Source: Intoshia linei
Taxonomy: Eukaryota > Animalia > Orthonectida
Direction: 5' to 3'
DNA: 38,830 nucleotides
NCBI GenBank assembly: GCA_001642005.1
Contig: LWCA01000231.1
Span: 1-38,830 of the forward strand
Shown: positions 37,530 to 38,830 of the stretch, one piece after another
Layout of the letters: each line of letters opens with the position of its first letter
How positions within the stretch are numbered: the first letter of the stretch is position 1
Position numbers and translations under genes: made by a program
Notes under the pieces: model-generated
What the model was told of the DNA's origin: nothing
The model's input: the letters and a program-made list of their open reading frames with translations, nothing else
Databases searched by the model: none

Positions 37530-38473
37530 CACTGTCCAACACGTATACTACAAACTTACTGCGACCATCATAAATTTTTCCTAATCTCAGCGACGCTAAA
37601 TTAATGGCTGTCATACTAAATGGTCCACAAATTAGAAAACTATTAAAAAATGTACATTTTCGATTTACCCTTAAAACTGAACAAAAAGATGCGTTTAATG
37701 CTTTGGAAAATGTAATCTCATTTTTTCTTGGAAACAATCCATCTGAAAATTACAAGGATTTAATCAAAGAGTTATTGATAAAATACCAAGAAATGAACTG
37801 CCTTTATAGCATAAAAATACATTACCTAGAATGTCATTTAGATTTCTTTGCGCTAAACTGCGGTATGTGGTCAGACGAAAAGGGTGAACAATTTCATTAA
37901 ACTATGATATTATATGAAAGACGTTTTGGAAGATGTCAATCATTAAATATGATTTGTGATTTTGTTTGGTGGTGTTCAATAAAATATAAATTTTTTAATT
38001 TATCTAATTATTACTTTTTTTATTTTAATTATTATCAATATTTTTAATTGGTACCTTTATATCTTAATTTTTGAAATTTATGTCTATCACTTACATCCTT
38101 GATATTGAACAAGATTCGTTTAGGGGTAACTCGAAAAAGTTGATTTTACGTGTAATGTAAGTAGTACATCCAGAAAATTTTTATTTCATATTGTTTGTTG
38201 ATGTTGCCTTAAAATTAGAGTTAATTAATGACAATTTTTTTTATACATATGTAGACGTGTATGTCTATTTGTCAATTTAACATTTGTAATATACAATATT
38301 AATTGTAAATAGAGCTCACGGTGGAGGATACCTTTTTAAAAAAAAACTTTGACCCTTAATTAAATCCAAAGTCGATCTTGAAATTAATAAATTTTTTTAA
38401 AAATAGCTGTATACTGGTTCACTTCGATATAACAGAAGTTTCGGTCAGTTTGTCGAAATTTTGTTGGACAGTG
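37530..38473 (+). mobile_element. Chapaev3-like (CMC) transposon, internally deleted
   Basis: TIR CACTGTCCAACA / TGTTGGACAGTG flanked by TTA / TAA. C-terminal transposase remnant DAKL..NGPQIRKLL..FLGN..KIHYLECHLDFF..SDEKGEQFH*..ERRF..MICDFVW. Family assignment is from recalled motifs. Confidence 0.65.
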
Positions 38474-38479
38474 TAATAT

Positions 38480-38830
38480 GCTATACAATATTTGTTTGTG
38501 TGTGTGAATGTGTTACCGTTTATTTCAATAACTATGTCTTAGAATTTTATAAAGTCTGCAATTTAATTGCCTTTTTTTCCAGAGCGTTAGCAAAATAAAT
38601 TTCAACCGACGAAACTACCTTCTTACGGTCAAACAGCCCAATTGTTTTTTTTTTGAAAATCAAACGAATTCGAGAATTTAAAAAAATTTATACTCTGATA
38701 CAGATTTTAAAATCCTAAATTTAAATTTAAAAAATATATCTTTAGGGCTAAAACCACAAATTATTTTTTTTTATGAAATTTATGCTATTTATGACAATTT
38801 TTAGGATTTGACTGTTTTTACTTTATTTTT
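38480..38830 (+). mobile_element. Helitron-like repeat, 5' region, truncated by the window end
   Basis: GT microsatellite followed by sequence shared with ~29110-29440, ~35640-35830, ~7020-7400 and 2280-2340. Confidence 0.6.

Overview
AT-rich, intron-containing eukaryotic (most likely animal) genomic DNA. Very short introns (about 37-38 nt) alternate with transposon-inflated introns, which suggests a compact, fast-evolving invertebrate or parasite genome; an orthonectid or myxozoan is only a guess. Spliced genes reconstructed by eye: an unidentified multi-exon gene (+, ~592-7600), a stand-alone Schlafen/AlbA_2-domain gene (-, 7763-9932) head-to-head with a divergent NUP58-like gene (+, from 10245), a disrupted VPS10/sortilin-like gene (-, ~21892-23300) and a compact REV3L (-, 24663-37178, ~21 exons). 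The rest is dense DNA-transposon debris: hAT MITEs with 8-bp TSDs, Buster- and SPIN-like transposase relics, a MULE with both TIRs, a Chapaev3-like deletion derivative and a non-autonomous Helitron-like family. The standout is a degenerate nodavirus-like endogenous viral element (protein A capping domain through the pre-RdRp region, ~3202-4520). It fills an intron of the first gene in antisense orientation, about 3 kb from the Schlafen-like nuclease gene, whose putative catalytic residues appear intact. All homology calls come from motif recognition, not database searches.
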